NCBI GenBank assembly: GCA_040285825.1 | Contig: JAUPSS010000004.1 | Coordinates: 2,646,550 to 2,710,549 of the forward strand | Reading direction: 5' to 3' | Origin: Eukaryota sp. TZLM1-RC | Taxonomy: Eukaryota > Protista > Metamonada: BaSk clade | Length of the DNA stretch: 64,000 bases | In this document: positions 48,386 through 60,291 of the stretch, in pieces | Layout: every line of letters starts with the position of its first letter | Position numbering within the stretch: position 1 is the stretch's first letter | Translations under genes and position numbers: made by a program | Notes under the pieces: model-generated | Seen by the model: only the letters and a program-made list of their open reading frames with translations | The model's database searches: none | What the model was told of the DNA's origin: nothing

Positions 48386-49721
48386 CTAAGTATGGTAACC
48401 TCTCTTTGTGTAATCCAACCCCGAGGATATTGTCAATGGTAAGTCATTAGGATTAATCATTGAAACTACTTTATTCGAAGGAGTCCAGGCTTGTACATCA
48501 TGACCAGCACAAGAGAGCGTTAAATTGGGTACATCACTATGCATGGATATATCAGAAACTCCTTCATTATGCCCACCATGTACAAAGAGCAAATCTGATG
48601 GTACGCCTTCTTTTGCCTTTTCACTCTTTGCATATGAAAGATCCCAATAGCAAACCATACCATTGACATCTCCTGTCACCACTATGCTTTCATCACACGG
48701 GGAGCAACAAAGAGATAGAATTTCAGCATCATGAAATTCCAACGAATGCAAAGGCTTTCCTTCAGATAAGTTCCGGGTGTCCATTAGCTCCACAACGCCA
48801 TTTTTCCCTGCAACCAACAACATTGGATCACGAAACTCACACCATTGTACACAGTTGAGCTCCAGGTTTCTTCCACCGTTATTAACCTTACAGCTCTCTT
48901 TAGGCCCTTCTAGATTAGGAGCACGTAGATCCCAAAACGCCAGCATTGAGTTATCATCGACAGCAGCGAGAATACTAGAGGCTCGGGGTTGGAAAGCTAC
49001 GTCTCCAATGGCGCTATCATGCCAGCCACCAAAGGAAAGAAACGGCGGGACGATTGAATTGAGAGGATCACCTACATCCCAGACAAGGATAAGACCGTCA
49101 TTGCCTGATGAAGCAACGATTGATTGGTCATGATTGGTCCTTGCCCAATCAAGCCCAAACCCTTCCTTAAAATGCCCAGTTAGCGTCAACAAAGGAGACA
49201 CTTCATCATCTTTTTGATTGGAAACGTGAACGTTGAGGATTAGGGTTAGGGTTAGAATCACGACTGGGAATGTCAAAGAGAAGAACATCTGGGTGGGTAG
49301 TGTAGGCAGCAGCTAAAGATCCCTCAACGTTGGACCTCACTTTGTTAACTTCACCCGTGACTTTCATTGTACTGGTAATGGTCATGTTAGCAACATCTCC
49401 GTAACCAGGAATGACTGGGACAGAGTGGGGGTCGAGGTCATGCATTTGGGAACCCTTTATGTGGTTTTCAGGGGAAGAGTGACTTCGCAGAGTTGAAGAA
49501 AACTCGAATCGTCAGATTCTGAGAAGTAAGTGCCACTTATGAATCTACATGTAGGGGAGTTCTTTTCAGTGTTGAGATGACAACCAGGAAGCCATTGGAG
49601 AGAGTAGGAGGGACATTCAAAGGTTTGAGAAGAAAAAGTCATAGAGATGTGGTACGTTCTGCTTCCATATGGTGTACTCATCCCCCGCTCCTGAAGGTCT
49701 AGAAGGGGATGTCTCAGACAT
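48386..49721 (-). CDS. RBBP4: histone-binding WD40 protein (RBBP4/RbAp48/MSI1 family); frameshifts probably sequencing errors
   Basis: EYTIWKQNVPHLYD, PSYSLQWLP, GEVNKVR, LTGHFKEGFGLDW and LLFVHGGH; the three copies break at different positions, so their consensus is open. Confidence 0.85.
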
Positions 49722-49733
49722 ATGCTGAAGAGA

Positions 49734-49856
49734 AATCAAGTGTTGGCTCTGAGAATTTCACACAAAGTGAATATTGAATAAATATCCCTAATAATTGTGT
49801 AAACTTCTCAGCACCAAGGGTTAGTATACACTAAACACCTTGGAAATACGTTGATT
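49734..49856 (-). ncRNA. candidate Fanzor omegaRNA scaffold
   Basis: Directly after the Fanzor stop: hairpin CCAAGG-TGT-TTAG-TGTATA-CTAA-C-CCTTGG; long hairpin CTGAGAA-G-TTTACACAA...TTGTGTGAA-A-TTCTCAG with inner GATATT/AATATT; enclosing AATCAA/TTGATT stem. Confidence 0.65.
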
Positions 49857-49863
49857 AAAACAG

Positions 49864-51730
49864 CTACTGCTGTCTTCTTAGACGTCTCACACGCCTTGGC
49901 CTTCTGAATGGTTCTGGCCTAGTACCAGTGAAATACTCACTAATTGCAATCTCCAGCTGGTTTCTGGAGGCTGAGATGTCTCTAGACCAGTTGGTCTGAC
50001 ATCGAGGGCAATCGAACTTCGCGTTATTTACCCTTCCGTCATCATGATAGATCTTTCTATGAAAGACCTTACAGCAATTCACATTTGCTGAGGTCATAAA
50101 CTCGTCCCCGACTTTGACGTTTTCAAAGTGTTTTTTGATTTGTTTGAGAAATCTCTTTCGGGGGGATTTCACAGATTGACGTGATGGACCACCACCGCCA
50201 TTGCCGAACCAAACTATAGTGTTTCTTCCTTCAGATAAGCGTTTAATTTTGTTAATAAAACTAGTTAGTCTCTTTTGTCTTCGTATGAAGAAATCAAACT
50301 TATTTCTTCTCAGCTTTTTTCTTGCACCACGCTGCAAATTTCCAGACATAATTGAAGCATATTCAGGCTCTTCCTCAGATTCAGGAACATAAGGTAAACT
50401 TATTTCAATCAGATACTCTTGGAAGCTCTGAGCGGAATAAGTGTTAGGAGTTGCTTGAGTGAGAGGAGGGGGGTGATTTAGTCTTCGTTCTTTTGGATTC
50501 AGTAGCAGTCCAGAACGTTCAAAAACAGTAGCAGAATTTCGGAAAGAACCAGCAGTCCAACCACAAAGATTGCTGTGGTTGGGATCAATGGCTACAAAAA
50601 ACAAATTTTCATCAGGATCTCTGTAATTGGGCTGTTGTTCCACTGGTAACCGCGGTCTTCTCTGTGGATTTGCTGTTGTATGGACATTGGATTTTCGTTT
50701 CCTTTCAGAGTTATGAAAATCATAATTTCCAGAGGCTCGCCTGGGTTCAAATTCCGCTTTATTTGGCCTATTATAAGTTTTTCTTTCCTTCTGGGTAAAC
50801 GTAAACCGCAAGGAATCACCATTCGAAAAAATGGTATAGTTAATAAATTTCGATTTATTAAAAAACCGATAAGGGTTGTTCAGAAGCTCTTTGTTTGCAT
50901 TTAGTTTTGTGAAATAAGCTTCTGCTTCTTTAGTCAAGCTGCAGAAGCACGGAGACCAACTGGACAGCGGAGAGAGAGTGCCTTTTCATCACATCAGGGC
51001 AGTTATCTTCTAAAAAAGATAAAATGTTCAAGCCAGATTGAACGATTGTTGCAGCAGACTCCATATTGATGGGAAACCGTTCGTTTCTTATTGAATTTTC
51101 GAACAAATTTTGACCGCCACCAATATAGGCGTTGGCTGTCATATTGAGCCAATGGACCAAGATATGCTGGTGTATTTCTTGATACCATTGTAAAATTGAC
51201 TCATCTGGCTGAATCCCTTGAAGTACACAGTCGGCGTATTTCTTGGGCCAGGGGCAATTTAGAAACTGGGCACAGCTTTTGAAAAAATTGCGTTTCCAGA
51301 CGACAGGGCCGTCAGCAAGCAACTGACAAAAGGCTTCTCGCAGTTGGATGGCTCGACTGCCAAGAAGAGTGGAAAGACACCAAAATCTACCACCGTCGGC
51401 TGAGGTGGTTTCATTCAGCGGTCGCCAGGGCCAAAAGTGCTGAACAAGGTGTTGCAGCGCTTGGTAAACCAAAGGATGGTTTTCAAATGGCCTCCTTTGT
51501 TTAGGTTCACTTTGGCAAACAAAGTCGAAACAGAGGCTCCAGAACTGGCTTTGAGTAAGCCACATAGAGTGTTCTGGGTATTGGAGCACAAAGAGTCGTG
51601 CTAGGTGAGTAGCATGAGCTCCAATACTAGCAAGAACTTGGAACTGGCGTTCCATAGCTTCTTGTGCCTCTGAGTCGAAGAACTGGTTGACAGACGCTCC
51701 CACAGTTGTAGTTTGTAGAACGTTATCCAT
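49864..51730 (-). CDS. Fanzor (Fanzor1-like, TnpB-related RNA-guided endonuclease), about 622 aa, family 3
   Basis: RuvC-I FFVAIDPN, IVWFGNG, RuvC-II VGDEFMTS, Zn-binding NCC...CPRC, RuvC-III WSRDISASRN and C-terminal RPEPF; split here at a (CT)4 tract near 50971-50978 but continuous across it in copy 3, which has (CT)5. Confidence 0.88.
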
Positions 51731-52679
51731 GGCAGTCAACACAGAACGGAAACAGTCAGAAATGATTGAAAATTTGTTTACTAAAATTGAAAATTTGTTG
51801 AAGTCAATCAATCTTATAGTTGTCAATTCAAAGTAAAGTTAGTTACAAGTGTTTATTAATGAGACATATCGTTCAAGATTACTTTCTGAATATTTTCCTT
51901 TCTTCAGACAAGAACTACATGTTACAAAAAGTTGGTGAGTGGAGTTTGGTTGGGTTGTCATCATTGCCCAGATTCGTAATTGAATTTCATTTCATCACTT
52001 ACAACATTTCATCACTTACTCTACTACGAACCTTCTCCTACGAATCCTTGCTTGCAGCTACTACCACTCTTTATGTCGGAAATTGAGAATCACTTTTATT
52101 TTAAGTAAAGTTTTTTTTTCTTCCTTCCTCGCTGTTACTACATTGTCATAGGTCCCTTCCCTCAAGTTCATGTTTTCATTCTCAGTTCCAAAACTTTTCC
52201 AAACACTGGTTTTCACTACTCAACACTGATTGTGACTTATCCCATGCTTCGGCAATAGTAATCCTCCTTTGCTCAATTAAACCATCATTCATCACCCCAT
52301 CATGGAATCATGATCGGCAACTAATTGTCTCCCTTTTGTACAAACTAACAACCTCAACCCTGCCCCACCCTTTCCTTCTTTCTCTTTATCAACGTCTCTC
52401 TACCCTCGTCACTTGCTTCCGTCCTTTTTCTGACCCCCCTCCCCCGTACTGTCTCAAAATCTATTGCTGAATGGTGTTGTGCTGAATTATATCCACAATA
52501 GCATATTGTTTGGGGAAATACAAGACAAGAATTATTCGGTTATTTTATGGTTGGTTTATGGTTGTTTTATGGTTTTATGTTTTCTCACTTCTACTTCAAT
52601 CAGTCACACTGATGTCATAACATCATCTCCATTCATACTGTAATATGTCACAGACCACATGTTTAAGGTGTGTATATTT

Positions 52680-52800
52680 TTTTTAATTTTTTTATTAAAA
52701 ACCTAAATAAATCAACATCTAAAAAATCCATCTCTTCCAAAACAAAAACACTAGCTCCAACTTTCTCATAGTCAGATCCAAAAGAAAGCAAAGCACCAGA
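52680..52800 (-). mobile_element. RLE non-LTR 3'-end fragment, family C
   Basis: ALLSFGSDYEKVGASVFVLEEMDFLDVDL followed by an A-rich tail. Confidence 0.65.
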
Positions 52801-53284
52801 ATTGATGTGGCGAGCAGAAAGAGACATAACAAAAGGTTGGGCAATGGGATTATATCCACAATAGCATATTGTTTGGGGCATATTGTTTGGGGGAGTTTTG
52901 GGGGAAAACTGAAATTGGGAATGTTTGGGGGAATTGTATTCAACATAAAAATCAACCACAGCTCAAGATCACTTATACTGATTTTGCATTTTCAAAATCT
53001 GATTCATAGAACAGTCACATTTTAAAACTCAACCAAGAACCTCAACTAAGGCTCAAAACCCATCAATTGAATGACGGGAGCTTTTCGCTATTCACTTGAA
53101 TAGCAACTTGCTTGTTATAAAAATCCGTAATGTTATTCCAAATGGTATTAATATAACGAACAAGGGCTTTCACTAACGAAAAAACGATTCTGTTCTTATA
53201 AATGGGAAATAAGACGTATGGCCACTTTCTTTCTAAAGTTTTCCTAAATAATTTAGAAAATTGTATTCTAAATAAAGTTAAATA

Positions 53285-53795
53285 AACGATTGACTGGAAT
53301 GTATGAAAAAGATCTTTATAATAATATATGCAGGTCGGCTGTTTTAAATCAAGATCTTCACTCATTGTTATTGGAAAAGGGTGTTTGTGAAAACAAGTCG
53401 TCAGATTCTTCACTTTTTGTAACCATTGTACCACGAAGATTTGGATTGTGTGCCACTAATGAAGCATTTGTAACAAAAATGAGATTATATTTGAACATCC
53501 CCATTAACCAATTATTATCAAGAGAAAAATGTATTTGTTCGAATTCACCTCAACTCACTTTGCGCCATGCTCTGAATTGCTCTAAATTGATAACTTATCG
53601 TTCTTCATTACATGATGCTGTTGAAGACACTGTTTTCAATATGGCACAAACTGCAAGGATATCGTGTATCCAAGTGCCCCTGCTGAAGGAAACACTTTCT
53701 CTGAATAATTTTGGTTCTGATGATAGAGGTGATGTATACTGTGATTGGATTGATAATTCTGAAGCTATTGTTGACTTTGTCTCATGTAATGTTGC
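53285..53795 (+). mobile_element. RLE non-LTR fragment, family B, cut at the inversion junction
   Basis: Very similar to 28130-28645; the sequence switches to the inverted copy at 53795. Confidence 0.75.
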
Positions 53796-54402
53796 AAAAG
53801 GGAGACAATTAGTTGCCGATCATGATTCCATGATGGGGTGATGAATGATGGTTTAATTGAGCAAAGGAGGATTACTATTGCCGAAGCATGGGATAAGTCA
53901 CAATCAGTGTTGAGTAGTGAAAACCAGTGTTTGGAAAAGTTTTGGAACTGAGAATGAAAACATGAACTTGAGGGAAGGGACCTATGACAATGTAGTAACA
54001 GCGAGGAAGGAAGAAAAAAAAACTTTACTTAAAATAAAAGTGATTCTCAATTTCCGACATAAAGAGTGGTAGTAGCTGCAAGCAAGGATTCGTAGGAGAA
54101 GGTTCGTAGTAGAGTAAGTGATGAAATGTTGTAAGTGATGAAATGAAATTCAATTACGAATCTGGGCAATGATGACAACCCAACCAAACTCCACTCACCA
54201 ACTTTTTGTAACATGTAGTTCTTGTCTGAAGAAAGGAAAATATTCAGAAAGTAATCTTGAACGATATGTCTCATTAATAAACACTTGTAACTAACTTTAC
54301 TTTGAATTGACAACTATAAGATTGATTGACTTCAACAAATTTTCAATTTTAGTAAACAAATTTTCAATCATTTCTGACTGTTTCCGTTCTGTGTTGACTG
54401 CC

Positions 54403-56272
54403 ATGGATAACGTTCTACAAACTACAACTGTGGGAGCGTCTGTCAACCAGTTCTTCGACTCAGAGGCACAAGAAGCTATGGAACGCCAGTTCCAAGTTCT
54501 TGCTAGTATTGGAGCTCATGCTACTCACCTAGCACGACTCTTTGTGCTCCAATACCCAGAACACTCTATGTGGCTTACTCAAAGCCAGTTCTGGAGCCTC
54601 TGTTTCGACTTTGTTTGCCAAAGTGAACCTAAACAAAGGAGGCCATTTGAAAACCATCCTTTGGTTTTACCAAGCGCTGCAACACCTTGTTCAGCACTTT
54701 TGGCCCTGGCGACCGCTGAATGAAACCACCTCAGCCGACGGTGGTAGATTTTGGTGTCTTTCCACTCTTCTTGGCAGTCGAGCCATCCAACTGCGAGAAG
54801 CCTTTTGTCAGTTGCTTGCTGACGGCCCTGTCGTCTGGAAACGCAATTTTTCAAAAGCTGTGCCCAGTTTCTAAATTGCCCCTGGCCCAAGAAATACGCC
54901 GACTGTGTACTTCAAGGGATTCAGCCAGATGAGTCAATTTTACAATGGTATCAAGAAATACACCAGCATATCTTGGTCCATTGGCTCAATATGACAGCCA
55001 ACGCCTATATTGGTGGCGGTCAAAATTTGTTCGAAAATTCAATAAGAAACGAACGGTTTCCCATCAATATGGAGTCTGCTGCAACAATCGTTCAATCTGG
55101 CTTGAACATTTTATCTTTTTTAGAAGATAACTGCCCTGATGTGATGAAAAGGCACTCTCTCTCCGCTGTCCAGTTGGTCTCCGTGCTTCTGCAGCTTGAC
55201 TAAAGAAGCAGAAGCTTATTTCACAAAACTAAATGCAAACAAAGAGCTTCTGAACAACCCTTATCGGTTTTTTAATAAATCGAAATTTATTAACTATACC
55301 ATTTTTTCGAATGGTGATTCCTTGCGGTTTACGTTTACCCAGAAGGAAAGAAAAAAACTTATAATAGGCCAAATAAAGCGGAATTTGAACCCAGGCGAGC
55401 CTCTGGAAATTATGATTTTTCATAACTCTGAAAGGAAACGAAAATCCAATGTCCATACAACAGCAAATCCACAGAGAAGACCGCGGTTACCAGTGGAACA
55501 ACAGCCCAATTACAGAGATCCTGATGAAAATTTGTTTTTTGTAGCCATTGATCCCAACCACAGCAATCTTTGTGGTTGGACTGCTGGTTCTTTCCGAAAT
55601 TCTGCTACTGTTTTTGAACGTTCTGGACTGCTACTGAATCCAAAAGAACGAAGACTAAATCACCCCCCTCCTCTCACTCAAGCAACTCCTAACACTTATT
55701 CCGCTCAGAGCTTCCAAGAGTATCTGATTGAAATAAGTTTACCTTATGTTCCTGAATCTGAGGAAGAGCCTGAATATGCTTCAATTATGTCTGGAAATTT
55801 GCAGCGTGGTGCAAGAAAAAAGCTGAGAAGAAATAAGTTTGATTTCTTCATACGAAGACAAAAGAGACTAACTAGTTTTATTAACAAAATTAAACGCTTA
55901 TCTGAAGGAAGAAACACTATAGTTTGGTTCGGCAATGGCGGTGGTGGTCCATCACGTCAATCTGTGAAATCCCCCCGAAAGAGATTTCTCAAACAAATCA
56001 AAAAACACTTTGAAAACGTCAAAGTCGGGGACGAGTTTATGACCTCAGCAAATGTGAATTGCTGTAAGGTCTTTCATAGAAAGATCTATCATGATGACGG
56101 AAGGGTAAATAACGCGAAGTTCGATTGCCCTCGATGTCAGACCAACTGGTCTAGAGACATCTCAGCCTCCAGAAACCAGCTGGAGATTGCAATTAGTGAG
56201 TATTTCACTGGTACTAGGCCAGAACCATTCAGAAGGCCAAGGCGTGTGAGACGTCTAAGAAGACAGCAGTAG
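54403..56272 (+). CDS. Fanzor copy 2 (in inverted duplicate, several frameshifts)
   Basis: Same sequence as 49864-51730; candidate omegaRNA copy at 56280-56402. Confidence 0.7.
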
Positions 56273-56414
56273 CTGTTTTAATCAACGTATTTCCAAGGTG
56301 TTTAGTGTATACTAACCCTTGGTGCTGAGAAGTTTACACAATTATTAGGGATATTTATTCAATATTCACTTTGTGTGAAATGCTCAGAGCCAACACTTGA
56401 TTTCTCTTCAGCAT

Positions 56415-57748
56415 ATGTCTGAGACATCCCCTTCTAGACCTTCAGGAGCGGGGGATGAGTACACCATATGGAAGCAGAACGTACCACATCTCTATGACTT
56501 TTTCTTCTCAAACCTTTGAATGTCCCTCCTACTCTCCAATGGCTTCCTGGTTGTCATCTCAACACTGAAAAGAACTCCCCTACATGTAGATTCATAAGTG
56601 GCACTTACTTCTCAGAATCTGACGATTCGAGTTTTCTTCAACTCTGCGAAGTCACTCTTCCCCTGAAAACCACATAAAGGGTTCCCAAATGCATGACCTC
56701 GACCCCCACTCTGTCCCAGTCATTCCTGGTTACGGAGATGTTGCTAACATGACCATTACCAGTACAATGAAAGTCACGGGTGAAGTTAACAAAGTGAGGT
56801 CCAACGTTGAGGGATCTTTAGCTGCTGCCTACACTACCCACCCAGATGTTCTTCTCTTTGACATTCCCAGTCGTGATTCTAACCCTAACCCTAATCCTCA
56901 ACGTTCACGTTTCCAATCAAAAGATGATGAAGTGTCTCCTTTGTTGACGCTAACTGGGCATTTTAAGGAAGGGTTTGGGCTTGATTGGGCAAGGACCAAT
57001 CATGACCAATCAATCGTTGCTTCATCAGGCAATGACGGTCTTATCCTTGTCTGGGATGTAGGTGATCCTCTCAATTCAATCGTCCCGCCGTTTCTTTCCT
57101 TTGGTGGCTGGCATGATAGCGCCATTGGAGACGTAGCTTTCCAACCCCGAGCCTCTAGTATTCTCGCTGCTGTCGATGATAACTCAATGCTGGCGTTTTG
57201 GGATCTACGTGCTCCTAATCTAGAAGGGCCTAAAGAGAGCTGTAAGGTTAATAACGGTGGAAGAAACCTGGAGCTCAACTGTGTACAATGGTGTGAGTTT
57301 CGTGATCCAATGTTGTTGGTTGCGGGAAAAATGGCGTTGTGGAGCTAATGGACACCCGGAACTTATCTGAAGGAAAGCCTTTGCATTCGTTGGAATTTCA
57401 TGATGCTGAAATTCTATCTCTTTGTTGCTCCCCGTGTGATGAAAGCATAGTGGTGACAGGAGATGTCAATGGTATGGTTTGCTATTGGGATCTTTCATAT
57501 GCAAAGAGTGAAAAGGCAAAAGAAGGCGTACCATCAGATTTGCTCTTTGTACATGGTGGGCATAATGAAGGAGTTTCTGATATATCCATGCATAGTGATG
57601 TACCCAATTTAACGCTCTCTTGTGCTGGTCATGATGTACAAGCCTGGACTCCTTCGAATAAAAGTAGTTTCAATGATTAATCCTAATGACTTACCATTGA
57701 CAATATCCTCGGGGTTGGATTACACAAAGAGAGGGTTACCATACTTAG
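56415..57748 (+). CDS. RBBP4: RBBP4/MSI1 copy 2 (frameshifted)
   Basis: Duplicate of 48386-49721. Confidence 0.65.
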
Positions 57749-58390
57749 GGGTTTTTATAAGGGTTTTTGTACAAATTAGTTGGTTTAATTAAATTTTTGG
57801 GGGTATGAGCGTAAATTTATCAAATTTTGATGTTAAATAAATTTTTTTGTCGTGAAGTTTGATTATTTAAGTTATTTTTCGTTGAATTTATTGGATCTTT
57901 ATAAAAGAATTTGTAAAAACACGTGACGTAGCCAAGCTGAAACTGAGCAATATAAATGGGCACATACAGTTGATATATTGGAGAAATGAAAAGTATCAAA
58001 AAGGTTTCAACTTGGAAGAAAATGGATCAAGCACCAGTCAATGCCAGTTAATACTGGTATTAAGCATTGAACCAACCTTTGCCTTTTTGTGTAAAGTGGT
58101 AACGAATAGATTGATGAAAAGATTTAACTACACTACAAACATTGTTACAAACAATAATTGAGATTATAAAGTATAAAAAGAAACACCGTTATTCCAAGAA
58201 ATCATAATGAAGAACACTGAGTTATTAAATTTGAATTTAATGTTGCTTAAAAACCTTGTTGTCATTCAATTCTTTGTTTCTTCAATTTGAACCGTGAAAA
58301 CAGAAGCAGAGATTTCATTCAAATGTATTGTTAAAGAAACTTTGGTTATTCACTATTTGTGAAACAAGAGAAGCTCAATAAAAAACAAAA

Positions 58391-59653
58391 TCACTCATAT
58401 TTTATGGTTTTAGATAATAAATACTTGAGTAATAACGCAATTGAAATAAATAATCCAAAAGAACAATAGTTGGAAACCAATAGAAATGGTAAAAACTCCA
58501 ACTTTGTTTTTAATAAATAGAGAAAAACAAAAACAGCATCAACTAGCAAGAGTCCAATCAAATAAAATTTAGTAATTCTGAAAGAGGTAATTGTTTCCTA
58601 AAAATAATCTTCTAAACAAAATAATTAAAATGAAATAAGGTAAATAAATGATTCTCAAACCAATTCCAAATAGAGATAAAAATAATGGCATTATAGACAC
58701 AAAACCAACAGAAAATAAAATAGAAACTGCATTAATTAAATCAGAATTATTGGTGAAAATAGCGGAATTAGAGGTAATACCAGCCAAATTAAAAGCTTTT
58801 TCATGGACATGATAACCAAAATAAAAGAAAAAGACCAGAAACGATGACAAAGTCAAGGTTTTTCCTATTGATTTTTTGGGCTAAATCATTTTTAACTTTA
58901 AAACCAATAATTAGGCACGGTAAAATAGACAAAAACAAGCAAAAACAACACGTCTGGAGAGGCAAAACTCACAACATCACCTCCATGGCCCTAAAACTAA
59001 ACCAGTGGATTTGTTATTAATAACTTTATTAAAAACTAAATCCACTGGTTTAGTTTTAGCCATGGAGTGATGTTGTGAGTTTTTGCCTCTCCAGACGTGT
59101 TGTTTTGCTTGTTTTTGTCTATTTTACCGTGCCCAATTATTGGTTTTAAAGTTAAAAATGATTTAGCCCAAAAATCAATAGGAAAAACCTTGACTTTTGT
59201 CATCGTTTCGGTCTTTTTCTTTATTTGGTTATCATGTCCATGAAAAAGCTTTAATTTGGCTGGTATTACCTCTAATTCCGCTATTTTCACCAATAATTCT
59301 GATTTAATTAATGCAGTTTCTATTTTATTTCTGTTGGTTTTGTGTCTATAATGCCATTATTTTTATCTCTATTTGGAATTGGTTTGAGAATCATTTATTT
59401 ACCTTATTTCATTTTAATTATTTTGTTTAGGAAGATTATTTTTAGGAAACAATTACCTCTTTTCAGAATTACTAAATTTTATTTGATTGGACTCTTGCTA
59501 GTTGATGCTGTTTTTGTTTTTCTCTATTTATTAAAAACAAAGTTGGAGTTTTTACCATTTCTATTGGTTTCCAACTATTGTTCTTTTGGATTATTTATTT
59601 CAATTGCGTTATTACTCAAGTATTTATTATCTAAAACCATAAAATATGAGTGA
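58391..59653. pseudogene. ALG8: two back-to-back 3' fragments of ALG8 (58391-59044 minus, 59038-59653 plus)
   Basis: Fold-back junction inside ALG8 sequence at AAATCCA (59038-59044). Confidence 0.85.
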
Positions 59654-60291
59654 TTTTTGTTTTTTATTGAGCTTCTTGTTTCACAAATAGTGAATAACCA
59701 AAGTTTCTTTAACAATACATTTGAATGAAATCTCTGCTTCTGTTTTTCACGGTTCAAATTGAAGAAACAAAGAATTGAATGACAACAAGGTTTTTAAGCA
59801 ACATTAAATTCAAATTTAATAACTCAGTGTTCTTCATTATGATTTCTTGGAATAACGGTGTTTCTTTTATACTTTATAATCTCAATTATTGTTTGTAACA
59901 ATGTTTGTAGTGTAGTTAAATCTTTTCATCAATCTATTCGTTACCACTTTACACAAAAAGGCAAAGGTTGGTTCAATGCTTAATACCAGTATTAACTGGC
60001 ATTGACTGGTGCTTGATCCATTTTCTTCCAAGTTGAAACCTTTTTTGATACTTTTCATTTCTCCAATATATCAACTGTATGTGCCCATTTATATTGCTCA
60101 GTTTCAGCTTGGCTACGTCACGTGTTTTACAAATTCTTTTATAAAGATCCAATAAATTCAACGAAAAATAACTTAAATAATCAAACTTCACGACAAAAAT
60201 TTATTTAACATCAAAATTTGATAAATTTACGCTCATACCCCCAAAATTTAATTAAACCAACTAATTTGTACAAAAACCCTTATAAAAACCC

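Larger units (their letters stand above)
53795..59044. repeat. inverted copy of 47083-52338
   Basis: Reverse complement of the earlier segment, differing mostly by 1-2 nt homopolymer indels. Confidence 0.95.

Noticed and set aside
49238-49256. GGATTAGGGTTAGGGTTAG telomere-like repeat (also at 56880 and 61140)
   Set aside because: Lies inside RBBP4 coding sequence and encodes NPNPNP; too short to be a telomere
50930-51826. 298-aa ORF as a separate accessory gene upstream of a short TnpB
   Set aside because: Copy 3 joins it in frame to the RuvC half, so it is the Fanzor N-terminal region
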